NCBI GenBank assembly: GCA_026026165.1
Contig: JAPEUD010000049.1
Span: 124,001 to 188,000, forward strand
Source: Sarea resinae
Taxonomy: Eukaryota
Direction: 5' to 3'
DNA length: 64,000 nucleotides
Part shown: positions 37,491-54,299 of the stretch, piece after piece
Position numbering within the stretch: the first letter of the stretch is position 1
How the letters are laid out: the number at the start of each line of letters is the position of its first letter
Position numbers and translations under genes: made by a program
Notes under the pieces: generated by a model
Seen by the model: only the letters and a program-made list of their open reading frames with translations
Database searches by the model: none
What the model was told of the DNA's origin: nothing

Positions 37491-37789
37491 GGCACCAGCT
37501 TCGGTTTCGGCGAAGATCGTAGATGCTGCATATGACGTCGGCCACTTCCAATTCGCCTCGGGGCTGGATAGCATGTAACTTTTGGCATTCTAACGAATGA
37601 ATCAATTGGGGATTCTGCCCCGCATAGGTCCTGACGAGATTATCTATGATGCTACTAAATATTTCTCATCACGTACGTATCTGAAGCTTCCTCACAAACG
37701 CCAGTGCCTGTTCAGTGATCGCGCAATACAGACCCGACCCTGTGGCGATACGCCTCCTGATTGAGAGACGTTATGCCAGTAGGTTTCGC

Positions 37790-40608
<2,819 letters not shown>

Positions 40609-41278
40609 CTTGTATTATCTCGGCCGTTGAACGGGAGATCTCAAGATGCCCTGTTCCTGGTGTGCAACAAGCGTATTAGCGGAATGATCCAGACTAAGGA
40701 CAAAAGGCTCTGGTAAGAAGCCCAATCAGCAGCAGTGTCTTTCTTTCCTCGCAGTAGCCGCATACACACGCTTTTGAAGGTGTGAGGTGGCAATATAGAA
40801 TATTCTTCAAAGTCAAACCAGACGCGCGCTATCGCAACGATAGATATAAGGTTAAGCAAGCGAATGGCTGGGTATTTTCGGCGTATTGTTCCGTCCAAGC
40901 CTGCCTGAATGAGGACTTCGATATTCGTTAATATGAATAAGCGTTCGAAGGTTGATCTAGTCGTAAGAGTGTATTATTGAATGGTATTGAGTGATATTGA
41001 CTGACTGGCATCGATCGGGATGGAATCCAGAGATCACTCCGCTGCAAACGGGGAGTAAAAAGGGCCTTCTGGCTTGACGTAGTACTTCGCTCACCCACCC
41101 GCCTCCAGTCGAAATTTCGTCTTTGGATCTCCTCACACTCCTGATTTCCCCCACCAAGGCACCGCCCCATTCTTATTTCTCTTTCCTTGAACGGTAACTT
41201 AGTAGTAGCACCAACTTTACTTCAGTACACCTCTTCTCATCTCCGAACCTTCAAGCCGAGACAACAAAGATTCGCAAT

Positions 41279-41603
41279 ATGGGTGGCGCCAGCAGAGAAG
41301 GTATTCTATAGTTGCGATGTCTTTGGTCGCGTCTCAGCCTGTGTTAACATCTATGTTTGCAGGAGGGAAGCTTAAGCCCCTCAAGAATCCCAAGAAGGGC
41401 CAGAACGCCGACCTTTCACCAGAAGAGATTATTGCTATGGAAAAGAGGAAGAAGGGTATGTGATACTCCGCTCTTTTGAGGGGCCTCAGCTGACCTCCGG
41501 CACAGATCAGAAGGATCTTGAAGCAGCCAGGAAGAAGCTGGCCGGAAAGAGTGGACCGCTGAATACCGGCTCACAGGGCATCAAGAAATCCGGGAAGAAA
41601 TGA
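41279..41603 (+). CDS. TMA7: Translation machinery-associated protein 7; 3 small exons (absent from the ORF track)
   Basis: Splicing gives MGGASRE|GGKLKPLKNPKK...EKRKK|DQKDLEAARKKLAGKSGPLNTGSQGIKKSGKK*. GGKxKPLK and GIKKSGKK are Tma7 hallmarks. Introns ~41301-41362 and ~41456-41505. Confidence 0.92.
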
Positions 41604-42174
41604 ACATCGCATTTGCAGAGAAATTGGGCGCACGTAACGGGTAAGGAGGGCGAAAGGCGTGCTGGTATATCGACTCAAAGGATGAGCCTTACCTGCAGTG
41701 TGCCTGTATGGCCACTCGGTTCAACGACGTCTAGTATCAATTGACGATTAATGTGTCCACTCACGGTCTTAGATCGGCTTGAATGAAATGGATACCCGAT
41801 ATCATTTAGACTGACAATGAATTCAAGGGACAAATTCTGACACGAATATGCATGCTGTTGATCGCAAGCATAGCTTGCTGTGTTGTTCACATGTTTCCAT
41901 TTGTATTAATCGGTCAAATACGATTTGCCTACAATAGCCTGAACTTCGCACGCATCCAAGGAAGCCTTACCAGGACGACACCGCTACATCACAACCTCAA
42001 AATATGGTGATCTCCAATTCGGGAATGGATTCTATTCTCTTCAAAAGCAAAGTAGCCAGTACACCCAAAGCGCATACCAAGATACAATTACGCGTTCGAT
42101 ATCTCCTATTGACGCCCCAATGATATCTAGAAACCCGACTCTCGTCAACTCAAGCAACACAAATTGATAGCGCC

Positions 42175-44052
42175 TTATCCTGTGACTCTCCTTATCCACA
42201 AAGAAGTTGGCCCGCCCAGTTCTTCGTTATCTCGCCTCTTCCATGCTCTATGCAATCTCAAGCCCACGCCATGCTCATCCCGGATCACTTCTGCGAGTTC
42301 GGCCTCCAACCCGTCAATGCTGGTGCGCAATTCAGACCTGGAGGGACCGTCGTTATCGGTTGATACCTTGGGTTTACCCAGGTCTTGGATAATTTTCTGC
42401 AAATTTCCACGCCGGTAGCGAAGGCCATCAAGCTGCGCTTGCAAGCTGGTGATGAGATCTATGGACTCCATTTCTGGGGGTGATTGAGGAAGAGCCTTCG
42501 ACCCAAGTGGTGTCATTTTAGTTGTTGATGACGATGCTCCTATCTCCGAAGGCGTGGGCTTCCGAGTAAGAGCTTTCGACATTGAACTGGCCGAGCTTTG
42601 CACGGGTCGTCGACGATTTATGATAGATATTGCCGGACTAGCCATTGCAGTGGAAGATGTCAAGGCAGCGCTGGTTGTAGAGCTCGCGTATGTCGTCTCT
42701 GAGGCATACGTTGTCATGCTAAAGCGACTGACCGGTTCATTATCTGAATTCATGTCCTTCGCATGCTTATGCAAGGAGCTCTGGACTACCTCATTCGATC
42801 CATGCGTGCTTTCCATCGTAGATCCCATGTCTTTCTGAAGGTGTAAGTCTCTGTAGTAAGTCTCGTCACCAGAAGATACCTGGTAGGAAGAAAATCCATC
42901 TGAAGCGCACATGTAAGGTGACAACAGTGACCGCTGTGACTTAGGAGTAGAATACCGCGGAGGGCTGTTTCGGCCAGCCTTGAGCGGCACTATTGGTTTT
43001 ATTCCTTCGTCTTCCTTGAAGTCTGGAGCCACGATGCGGGGCGGTGCGGTGGCTTTGTCATGAGTCTCCTGGCTCTTCATTTCTAGCAAACCAGTAACAG
43101 TTCCGATTGTGATACTCTGCTGTGGGCTTTCCTTTTCGGTTGCTCCGAGACCGAGGAAAACAGGTTCAAATTTCTCTGGTCCTATTGGGTTGGTTCTGGA
43201 GAAATCTGCAGTCGGTTGTCCTTGACCTTGCATGTTGATGTCCGTCTCAAAGCTTCGGTCCTCGTTGCTATGAGTGCGGCCATCTACCCTTCGAGATCCT
43301 TCGAAGGCGTGATTACCTATTTGGCGGTCATCAAGAGTCAAATTCAAGAATGGCACGCTTGAAGGTATAGATGAATCTTTCTGGCCGTTTGGAACAGAGA
43401 CTCTCCTGACATCCTTCTCAGCAATGTCTCGGATGCCGATCATGTTCCCCGTGGCACCTATAACGTTGCTTCCCCATTTCGATGTCCTTTTAAGGACTGG
43501 TATGCTGCTCAGATACCTCGAGGCGGTTGCTAGCTTCCTCCTTGGTGGCGTAGGAGGCTCGCCGACAGGAGAACTGCTAGTGTTCGATTGATCTTCGGTT
43601 TGATGGCTGGCGAAGCTCCGCGTAGAGCTAGATGGCGAGACATTGGGATGTTCCGGCGACGTCGTTGGATTACTGAATAGCGGGTGATACCCTTCATTTG
43701 GTTCCGGCTCCCCTTTTTGGGGAGTTGGAGATGGTGTTTGGGGGTCAGAGTCTCGAGGGGGAGTAGAGATAGCTTCGAGAGATACACTAAACAGAAGTCA
43801 GCGTGTTTGGATTGATATTGAAACTTCATGGGAACGGACTGCTTACAAAGGTAACGGAGGGAGGATCTTGAACGTCTCACTATCGCTTTGCGTGGGTGAG
43901 GTATAACCTTCACTCCCAGTAGCTTCACTATGAAAGTCGGACACATTTGGGATTCGATCCAGGGTGTCCTTGTCTAAAGACGTTTCAATAAATACTGGAT
44001 GGCCTATTGTATAAGTCCGTGAACGCGAGCTCGTCTGCAGCCGTCTCCACAT
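42175..44052 (-). CDS. Hypothetical Ser/Pro/Thr-rich protein with a C-terminal coiled coil; intron ~43846-43787
   Basis: Exon 1 (MWRRLQ...YTIGHPVFIETS) splices via GTAAGC...TAG into a long open frame ending ...EHGVGLRLHRAWKRRD...PTSLWIRRVTG. Confidence 0.7.
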
Positions 44053-45389
44053 CGTGACCAAGGCGAAGTCCAGAAATGCTAGAAGATCAATTTTTGCCTG
44101 TTACGCTTCCAAGAAAGGCTTGCTAACATCGGCTACTATTAGAACAAACTCATGGATGGGAATCGCAAGAGCATTTTGCACCCTCCGAAGTTCGAGGAGA
44201 ATTAGAAGACTTTCTGAATGGATGCCAGGGCAATAGCAGAGTCAATGGGTGGTAAGGAACGAGCAGTCTCAAGTGTCGAGTGAACGCAAGCCTGGAGACT
44301 AAGGTGTGTGTTCAAATAAGAATGACAGACACTGGACTTACTGATTCTCAAGCCAAGCAGGCAGCGGGTGAAGGTCGTGGCGGACGTCGCCGCTTACACT
44401 TCAATCTTCATATTGTGTCGAAGGAGCAATCAATGTCTGACTCAATTCTGCTGCTGCCGGCGAATGGATGTCTTAGAAACCCTAGCCAAAAACAGCGGTG
44501 ATTGCAGTATTCTTGGAAAGAACTGAGAGACACTCGACAGACAGCTTGGGAGCGCGTCCCTATAAATCATGAGAGCTGGAGGTGTGAATGTTTCAGGTAT
44601 GTACGAGACCAAACGGGACCAATCATGAGGGTCCATTCCGCGGCTCTGCTGCAGTTACCTCATGCACTTGCCACCACACTGCCACCAGCGTGTCAGAAGC
44701 GTGTCGGTTTCGGATGGACTGCATGTCTAAGGAGCAACTTCCCATTCCAGACGTCCTGAGTCCATCTTCACGATCTTTGCCATGTCACGTCAGGTCAATT
44801 GTCAACCCATTGCCATTTTGAGGACCTCGAGCTGTTCCAGTCCGTTCGCCATCGATGAAGGATAGATACGCACACGAAATTGACGAGCTTGTTAGAGCAG
44901 ATCAATAGATGCCGATGCCTTATCAGGCAATCTACTCCAATGTACGGAGTACTCTAGTTGTGCCCGTTCTTGCCTTTCTTCGGACTAATTCCTGATGCTT
45001 CAAGGTTCCAGGTCCATTTTCCCCGCATGCTTGAGCTTCCATCTCCGTACCTTTCGCCGACAAAGATGTGCTGCGCAGTACCTAGGTAGGTAGGTACCTA
45101 TGAAATACCGACCGTGGTCCAAGGCCCAGGTGATGCACGAAGTACAAGGTACCGTTCGCAGTAGGTACCTACCTTCAAGTTACGTTCCAGCAGGAGATCA
45201 TCGAGCTACTGTACGTAATTGGTAACTTTCTGTTCCCCAACACCCCGACAATATTCCTTCGGGGCGTCCACGAACAACGCTCACTCCAACATCACCTACC
45301 CTACCCAACTCCGCCCACGTTGAGATTACATTTGCTTGGAAAAGAGACTCAGGAGGACGGAAACTCTGCTCTTCTTCAACGCAAGCACA

Positions 45390-46026
45390 ATGGCTGATGG
45401 TAAGTGGCCGCACATCAAACACCGCACACCCGAGTACCGAAAGACTGATAGTACCCCCAGTCGCAAATGATCCGCAGAGCGCGCCTCCTGCCGCACAGGC
45501 GTAAGCACTTCAGCCACCGCATATCGGGCTCTCACTTACTTTTGCGAGCAGGCTACCTATCGCGTCTCCCATCAATCTCCTCCTTCTGTCTCTCGTCGTG
45601 GTCATAGCATACTTAAGGCTCAGACCGGCTTATACAACCTCGTTACCCAAGGGCCCCGCTCCCGCTGTCTTTCGCACCTTCACGCCACCAACTCTACTTC
45701 CTTTCAATGGACAAAAGGGGCAGCCCGTTTACTTGGCTGTGAAAGGTCGCGTCTTTGATGTAACGCCGGGAAAGAACTTCTACGGGCCCAATGGGCCATA
45801 TGCCAACTTCGCCGGTAGGGACGCCAGTAGGGGACTAGCATGTGGCAGCTTCGATGAAGATATGCTCACCGAAGACCTCAATGGTCCTCTGGACACTTTG
45901 GAAGGGCTGAATGAAGAAGAGATAGATGCTCTAAATGGTTGGGAGCAGAGGTTCCAGGAGAAATATCTGGTAGTTGGAAATCTGGTGCCCGTGGGAAGTG
46001 AGGAAGCGAAAGCTGCGGGCTTGTGA
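45390..46026 (+). CDS. DAP1: Dap1/MAPR membrane-associated cytochrome b5-like heme-binding protein; 3 exons
   Basis: A transmembrane segment followed by VYLAVKGRVFDVTPGKNFYGPNGPYANFAGRDASRGLA and W...F.EKY. Two short 5' exons (ATGGCTGATG|gtaagt). Confidence 0.92.
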
Positions 46027-46813
46027 CCGGTGAAGTAGGAGAAAGTAAAATGAGGAAATAGCGAAGCAAGTCCATGATTATGGCACGATCTCAAGGATCT
46101 ATCAACGGTTCCACGGTTACGATCACAGACACAAGCTGGATGATACTGCTCTTCATCAAGAGTATCTTTCGATTACTTCCGAAGTTGTCATGTCAAGGGA
46201 CAGCGCTTCCGTTACGAGCATGAGATAGTTCGCTCCCGGTCAAGGTTTAATAGCTGCAGCAATCATCTGATGTTGTACACAGCGCTTTTAGTAGAAGGAT
46301 GACGGCCTAGATGTGGCAATAAATCGGCCATCAAATCCTCCTATCGAAAAGGTCCAAGTCAAGGGAATAATTATGATACAAGATATTAAAGTTGTCCTCT
46401 GTGATGCGTACAATGCCTATCTTTCCATTGATATTGAGATTTTGATATAATCCGCTACTTGTCTACAAACATTTGAACCTGCCTCTTCAGGGACGGGTGG
46501 GCCGGCAATCGCTTGACTGGTGTCATCTCAAAGCCGCAACCCCCATCCAATGATACATGCTATGTAGTAGCTGCCGTGCTCTTTAGACGACGGCCGACCA
46601 CCGACGACCACGCCAACCGTCATCAAGATTCCGATGACAATATCTCCATCTCGCCTCGCACCCAGACCATTCCAGTTTTTAATCGAGCGCGCGACTCACA
46701 CACCATTGATATCTTCATTGTTATCCTGTTACAGCGCGGCATCTGCTCCAGGCATAACCCGGCGATAGGCCGATCTAATCACCGGGACTCGGAGTCCACG
46801 GCTCGTTCAATCA

Positions 46814-49612
46814 ATGCCCAGCGAGAAAGCCAAGTACGAGCCTTACGAGAATCTGCCCATTCCAACTTATGAAGAAGCGACCTCATCACGACCGACTTCA
46901 TCCCAGGCGGATCGCGGCCCGCAGGAGGCCTGTGGCGATGCCGAACGGCAGGGTCTCCTTCGCCATGGCCTGCCTAATGATCAGCCACGAGGGGAAACGA
47001 GAGGTCAATACCGTTCTCCGACGGTAGAATCTGCCCGATCTAGCCTTGATACGGATCTCTTCTCTCTTGATTTGCTTGTAGACGGGTCTTCTGGGGGTTC
47101 GGATGAAGGGTTGCGACAGGAGATGGTGCAGATGGAAGTGCTAGATCCCGAAGCAAGAGATACCGCAAGAGAGTCGCTCTTTCGGCAAAGGCTATCGAAA
47201 AGGTTCACAACATTCAGCAGGACGCTCTCTTCGATCCAGCTGCCATTTCGTGTCCGATTGCCATCTCTCGACAACGTACGGTCATGCATGTCGCAGATGC
47301 GCGCTTCCAACACCTCTGGATTCATTTCACTAGGACGAATCATCGCCATCCTTCTTATCCTGCTCCTCTTATATACCCTGTTCGTCACAGAGATATTTCC
47401 CACCTCAGGCATGGGCATGATTGACCAAGCGGAAGCCGTGCGCGTATTTGTTCAAAGCAACGTTGATGAAAGCAACATACGAGACAACCTAGAGCATATC
47501 ACGGCCTACGATCATGTTGCGGGTACAGAAGGTTCATATGCTCTAGCGCTGTGGATTCAGAAATTGTTCAAGGCCGCAGATTTGGAGGATGCAATCATGG
47601 ACCGGTTTGTGACAAGCCACCCCCTTGACCTTTTGCTATATTACTGACACCTACAAGCTACGATGTATATCTCAATTATCCAAAGGCTGCCGGCCGGCGT
47701 GTTGCCATTGTTGAGCCCCAACAGCTCTCATGGGAAGCCCTTATAGAAGAAGAGCCCGCATATGACAATCCTTCCCCACAACAAGGGCAAACGCCCGTCT
47801 TTCACGGTCATTCAAGAGCTGGCAACGTCACCGGCCCTCTCATCTATGTCAATTACGGCTCTCGAGAAGACTTCAAGCTACTGAAAGATCGGGGGATAGA
47901 CGTAAAGGGTGCTGTAGCTCTTGTCCGATACTATGGGACGCAGGGTGATCGCGCATTGAAGGTTAAGGCTGCTGAATTGGCTGGTGCTGTAGGGTGCATT
48001 ATATACAGCGATCCACAAGAGGATGGATTCGTCAGAGGCAAACCATTCCCGGAGGGTCGATGGAGACCAAGCGATGGAGTGCAAAGAGGGGCTGTCAGCC
48101 TGATGAGCTGGGTTGTTGGAGACGTGTTGAGTCCCGGCTTTGCTTCTCTTCCTTCTCAGGACTCCAACAGAATTCCTAAGGACAACAACCCTGGTTTGAA
48201 CAACATACCAAGCATTCCACTGGCATGGAGAGATGCACAGAAGCTGCTGCAGGTTATCAAGGGACATGGCGAGAAGGTGTCGGAAGATTGGATAGGGGGT
48301 GTACCTGACGTTGACGAATGGTGGTCCGGAGACAGTACATCTCCGATAGTGCATTTGATGAATGAGCAAGAGGAGATTGAAAGACAGCCGATCTACAACG
48401 TGGGTGGTCAAATTGCAGGCATTCAACAAACCGAAAAGACCGTCTACGTCGGCAATCATAGAGATGCATGGTGCTATGGAGCAACCGATCCCGGTAGCGG
48501 CACGGCTATCATGCTTGAAGTAGTTCGGATATTCGGTGAGCTGAAAAAGCTGGGATGGAGACCGCTTCGGACTATCAGTTTCCATTCATGGGATGCCGAA
48601 GAGTATAATCTCGTGGGATCGACAGAATTTGTCGAGGCTGATATCGATACAGTCCGCCGAGATGGAGTGGCTTACCTCAATGTCGATGTAGGAGTCTCCG
48701 GTTCGGACTTCCGTGCAGCAGCATCACCAGTATTTCAGCGTGCGCTCTTAAGGGTTCTTGATCGCACTACCGATCCTGTGAAAAATCAGACTCTTCGCTC
48801 GCTTTGGGACGAGAATGGAAGTAAGCTAGAAGGCCTCGGTGCAGGTAGTGACTACGTTGCTTTTCAGGACCTTGCGGGCACTTCTAGCATCGACTTCGGT
48901 TTCACAGGGCCTGGATACCCTTACCACAGCTGCTATGACAATTTCGAGTGGATGAAGAACTTTGGAGATCCCGGCTTCCAATATCACAAAGTCCTAGCTC
49001 AGGTATGGGCTCTTTTGATCTTGGAAATAGCAGACAAGCCCGTCTTGCCGTTTGACTTCCCCGCATACGCGACGGAGGTGAAGAGCTATGTAGAAGATCT
49101 ACGGAAGTATGCCCTCGAAAGGGCGGCTATTTCTTCAAAGGATGGCTCGGTCACCAAACTGGATCTGGAGCCGTTGGCAGAGGCTGCTGAGTCCTTTGAG
49201 AAGAATGCAGAGATATTTGAGACTTGGGAAAGGCATTGGACCGAGCAGGTGTACAGTCGAGACGGGGCCGAAAGCAATGTGCTTGCAATTCATCGAATGA
49301 GTCACAACACGAGAATGAGCAACTTCGAGACTCATTTACTTGATCTGGAAGAAGGCGGCGGGGTAAGTCTTTGATCACCAGCTTCCTATTACATGCTGTT
49401 ATAGTCCACTGACAAACCGAACTGTACAGCTTCCCGGTAGAGAACAGTTTAAGCATGTCATTTTTGCTCCACAAGCATGGTCAGGCTACGACGAGGCCTT
49501 CTTTCCCGGCATTCGCGATGCAGTCGATGATGATGACTGGGCTCTGGCACAGCATCAAGTCCAGAAGGCGGCAGATCTATTAAGCCACGCAAGCTATAAG
49601 CTCATACATTGA
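46814..49612 (+). CDS. M28 glutamate carboxypeptidase II / transferrin-receptor-like type II membrane protein (Tre/Vps70 family); introns ~47605-47657 and ~49363-49429
   Basis: PTYEEA PY-like motif, single transmembrane segment, PA domain, zinc and catalytic motifs GNHRDAW, DPGSG, WDAEEY, YLNVD and YHSCYDN, and a C-terminal LPGREQFKHVIFAP. Confidence 0.92.
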
Positions 49613-50390
49613 TGCGGTGCTGGTTTGTCGGTCTCATTTCATGTAATCGCATGCTTTCTTTTGCGTATGGTCTGATATCATCAAGGTCTTGGGAGTTTCC
49701 TGTCATCGGCTTGAGTGCATTCGACGGCGTTCTCGCAGGGTTATTTGATGTACTAGATTACTTCAAGGTACATGTGGGACGCCTTTTGTCTCTGTAAGTT
49801 TCATCCTTCATATGGATTTCAAGTCAACGTTACATAGATGATTATGTCGCCGTACATCTTATGTCGCAATGCTGTCAGAGTTAGCCGTGTTCCACGAGGG
49901 CACAAATCTTCAAGTATGAATGTGCCTCCAATGTAGATGAAAAATCCCTAGGCTTAGGATACGATGTCTAATTAACTACGCTTAATGGCCATCCCCCTTG
50001 AGCCACAGCATCACAAATGTCGTAGCGGTATAGCTATTGGGCATGAGAATCTGAATTGTTTTTATTTGTTGTTGTTTGTTTATAATCAATTGCATGAGTT
50101 GGCAATTACGTCATGCAGAGCAACGTCGCGAAACCTGAGACTCAGCGCCCACAGGACCCACGGAAAGACCATTGAAGAAATGAGGAGATGGAACGATTAC
50201 CATTGGCTGGTCGACATGTTCCTAACTCCCCTTTCGCAGCAGAAGGCAACGCAAAGCAGTCAGTGTCTTGTAAGCCCACTACGCAATTAGTGTCTGCTAA
50301 TGAGTGCGAGCTCGTCCACGCGAGAAACATGGTCAAGGGAAACAATCTGAATAAACGACTGGAAACCGTGCTTCGAGACCGAGTAAACAT

Positions 50391-51545
50391 TTAGGTGGCA
50401 GGCAAATTCTTCATGTCGCCTTTTCCGTCTTGAATCCATTTAGGATCAATGAGTCTCTCCTTCTCCGCATAAAGATTCTTGTATGCAGTTCGAATAGTGC
50501 CGTCGCTAACGCCGGCTACAGCAGAAATCTCTTTCGGCGTCTTCCCGTGCTTCATCAAATAAGATGCCATGTAGATACAGGCTGCTGCTGCTGAGATGGG
50601 GGAACGGCCTGCAAGAGCCCCAATCAAAGACATTTTCTCAGCTAGTCCTTCGGCGACCATCATGCAAACAGAGGGCAGACCAAGCTGACTGCAATACCGC
50701 GAGCACAGGTCTTTAGCGTTTGTTGAAGTTGTTGTGGTGTAGGAGTCGTTGGGGTTGACGACTCCTATATCGATATAGATTAGATCAAATTCTACAAGTC
50801 AGATGGGGCAATTTTCAAACTTACCGCCTCCTTGAACTAGCAAATCTTGTTGCTTCTTGTTTTCGATGGTAAAAAATTTCTCCAGGTGTTTGAAAATGCG
50901 TCCAATTTCTTTCTTTGATACATTGGTCACCCGAAAGATGTCTTGAAAGGTGCGATTCGCATTTGTCTGCCGGCAGCCAATAAAAAGACAACCAGCAATC
51001 ACAGCGTCGGTAGATTTGCCTTTGAAAGCCTTTGCATCATCGACCTTCTTAAAGAGCTGCTTGGCAGCGTCCGAAGCGGTCTTAGGAATTGCTAGTTTGT
51101 CACTATACGCGCCAATTTCCTTGTATGCTGCCAGTAGGTTCTTGGTATCTTTATCGTGAGTAGACTTGTTCTGAGCGCGGTGGAGTTCGCGGCTTCTGCT
51201 TCCACCGTCACCGAACGAGATGGTTGTCTCCAACTGCGAGCCATTCAGTAAGGGATTTGCCGCATCTCCAACACGTGACGGGTCATCATTCCCTTGGTCG
51301 TCATTCGAAAAAGTGCGCCATTCTGATCGAGTATCCACAATACGATCTCCCAGGACTAGGCCACAAGATCCACACACCATGTCCCCGGAGGAGAACTCTT
51401 CGACGAGGTTGGGTGGGAACTCCTTACAATCGCGACAGATCATCTGCATATTGAGATTCTCCCTCCAAGGTTCTTCGGCCATCACGGGTCTCGTCACATC
51501 AGGGCGGTCCCCCGGATTGGGCACTTGAGCTATCGCTGCTGTCAT
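50391..51545 (-). CDS. SUA7: General transcription factor TFIIB; intron ~50824-50765
   Basis: Zinc ribbon CRDC...CGSC, B-reader VDTRSEWRTFSND...DPSRVG, and cyclin repeats (GRSPISAAAACIY, VSDGTIR). Confidence 0.97.
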
Positions 51546-52618
51546 CTTGACTGTAACTTTGACCTGATTCTTTCGATGAGCGTGTTCGCGTCTCCTCTTG
51601 ATGGATTTCGAAGAGGTTGAAAGGTTGAGCTTTTTTGCGCAATGACGGATAAAGAGAGGAGAATACAGCTTGGCGACTGATCGACACTTATGCCAAACGG
51701 CAGCAGGAGAGAACGAAGTGAGTTGGTGGCCGCGTCCTCTGCGGTCGCCACTAGCTCATCAGAGTCAGCCAGCTAATTCGGGAGAGGCAGACTTGATCGC
51801 GAACTCGATAAACAAGATGCTATGCGAAATGTGCTCAAGAATGCGCCATGAAAGCCAGCTCGGATCTCATTATTACCTTCTATGGTGATGTGGCGCGATG
51901 ATGCGTTCCAATCAAACAACAAAGACCCACGGAGGATAGAATCAAAGTGAGATGCGGGGTTTGGTGAATTGCGACTGGAAGGGTGAGCTGCTGCTTGTCC
52001 GACCGCTTCAAGCCAGTGAAGGCGTCCGTTAGAAACCGAGAAGCATCAGGTCCGTAACAGAAGGTCGGTCAGATACGTCTTTCTTCCAAGTTTAAAGAAA
52101 CAGGCGAGGCTGTAGTCTATCTTTGTCTCTTAAGAACAGACGTGCTCCGTGCGCAGCAGTACAGCAGGTGGCGAGAAGAAGTGAAGGATGAAGCATTACA
52201 AGTCGTCTAGACTCGAGTGACTACCTATGAGTGAGTCGCTTGCGTTGCGGCTCTTAGGTTCTTTGTTTGAAGGTTGCCTTAGATTTGTCAGCACATTTCC
52301 CCAACTCGGTCTCCAAGTCGGCGACTGCATCTGTGTAGGTAAGGTACCCAGCAGTACTGCGCAGTACTTTCAATTCGGGTAGAGTTCCGTGTATCTGCCA
52401 AGGAGACGAACCCTATCAGCTGTACTGGGGCGGCTCAGAGTACAGAGTACCTAGTACGAGGTACTGGAGAACCTTTAGCCGAAGAAGGCTCTCCTGCCGA
52501 CAAACCACCACCACCAAGACCATATCTTACCGACCTCGAGCCTTCCGCTTCATTTCCAACAATCTCAGTCCCGTCTTGCCGCTGTGGTTTCAATTGAGCT
52601 TCATTCGCCTATCACACC

Positions 52619-53120
52619 ATGTTCTCACAATCACTCAGAGCTTCGGTATGCTACTATAGCTTTTTGCTTGCCTCGGCTGGTCGAATGCTTACTGACCGAC
52701 ACATCTAGCGCTCGTCCTTGGCCCGTGTCGCTCGGCAGCAAATCATCCTTCCCCGGCGGACATTCATCACTCCTACCGCCATCCGACAAGGTAAATATAC
52801 TCATTTCCTTTGCGAGCATATTCAAGGACTCTGATGCTGATGGAATGCCATGCATAGCCGATCTCGTGCAGGATTTATATCTCAAAGAGCTCAAAGGCTA
52901 CAAGCCGCCGCAAGTCAAGCCATCCGATGCCGAAGGTCACGTCCAGAAATTTACTGCCCCAAAGGCGCCGCAATCTCCGGAAGAAAGTGACCTGGCCAAC
53001 GATTTGAAGGCTTATGAGGATCAGCAGGTGGAGGTAGAAGGTCAGGCTGCTGCTGGAGAAGCCGCTACACAAGAGGAGGATTGGTTTGTAGAGGAGGAGG
53101 AGGCTGCTGCGGCTCACTAG
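52619..53120 (+). CDS. ATP14: Mitochondrial ATP synthase subunit h; 3 exons
   Basis: Presequence MFSQSLRAS|RSSLARVARQQ...RRTFITPTAIRQ|A, then DLVQDLYLKELKGYKP...DAEGHVQKF and an acidic tail EEDWF. Confidence 0.92.
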
Positions 53121-54299
53121 GCGCACACTCATTGGGTAATCTGAAGAGAACCCCTGTATATTGCGATGCGGTCTTTATTTTAAGCAATTTTCAAAATAAG
53201 AAGGATCTCTCGGTCAGCCTTCTATCAATACCAGATCGTAGACGTGGTAGCAACAATCAGCTTCATGTCAGTCAATTGGTTGACATCAACGGCAGTGTGC
53301 TTGTCTCAATGCCATCACGCCGAGAAGGACAAGCCGTCTGTCACGCATCCGGGAATACCTCGATGCCTGTGCCTGTTGAAGCCATAAATCCATATCTTCT
53401 AACGCACGATGTATAGTCGATATCGTGTATGTTGTTGATGGAGTCATTTACTTAGTCTATCAGAGCTCGCCCCATAATCCGCTATAAAGAGTCCCCATCC
53501 CGCCAACGGGCTCAGCATTGTTCTCCAGGCGATAAGGCAGGTTCCTACCTCAGCCGGTAAATAAGGCACAGCAGAGCATGACTGAGGTGGTTGCCCGCTA
53601 TCGTAGCGCGGAAATGGAGACATCATCTATCATGTCCAGCGATGGCTTAGTACCTACCTACCTTTGCCTTACTCTGTTGTGTCGTATCTGATAATTGAAC
53701 CCATTAATTCCAAAGTACCGTTTTGATCCATCATTGTTCTGGACAACGTCAATTGAAGTGGAGAGTACTAAACTTGAGATTCGAGTCCGTCTCTCTGGTG
53801 GACTCACCGGTGTCTCTATCCTCTTAATTCTTCTCCGCGACAAAGGTTTCTATCTGACAGCCCTTGGCAGGATTGACCCTATTGCGGGACACTCCTCCTA
53901 TATGGCCCAAACCTCTGAAAATTTATATCAACGTTGCCCACACCCGCGGGTAGGTAGGTAAGGTAAATACCTACAGTGCTCTCTTTAATGATCCTATACC
54001 TACCTCCCCGTCAGTAGAAGACTACCTACCTTCTTACTCAGTGTATTTCTGAGCTTGAGAGGTTACTACTCGGAGTACGGGTAGTGCAAAGTAGGGGTAC
54101 ATAGTACTCCGTACATAGGTGGATGAGGATCTCCAGTTACCTCAGCATGCTCAGACCACATCACGTGGATCCGGATTAACATCCGGCCCGTTCGCGGGCA
54201 TTCTATACCCGCAACTGTACTCTGCGAAGATGTGGTCTGAGGCAGATTTCCTGACGTTGGCGGTGCCACGCGGGAGTTTTCATTAATTTTCACAGTGTA

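Noticed and set aside
52584..52860. 178-aa ORF as an N-terminally extended ATP14
   Set aside because: It runs through two canonical introns in a different frame; the spliced model from ATG 52619 gives a proper mitochondrial presequence.
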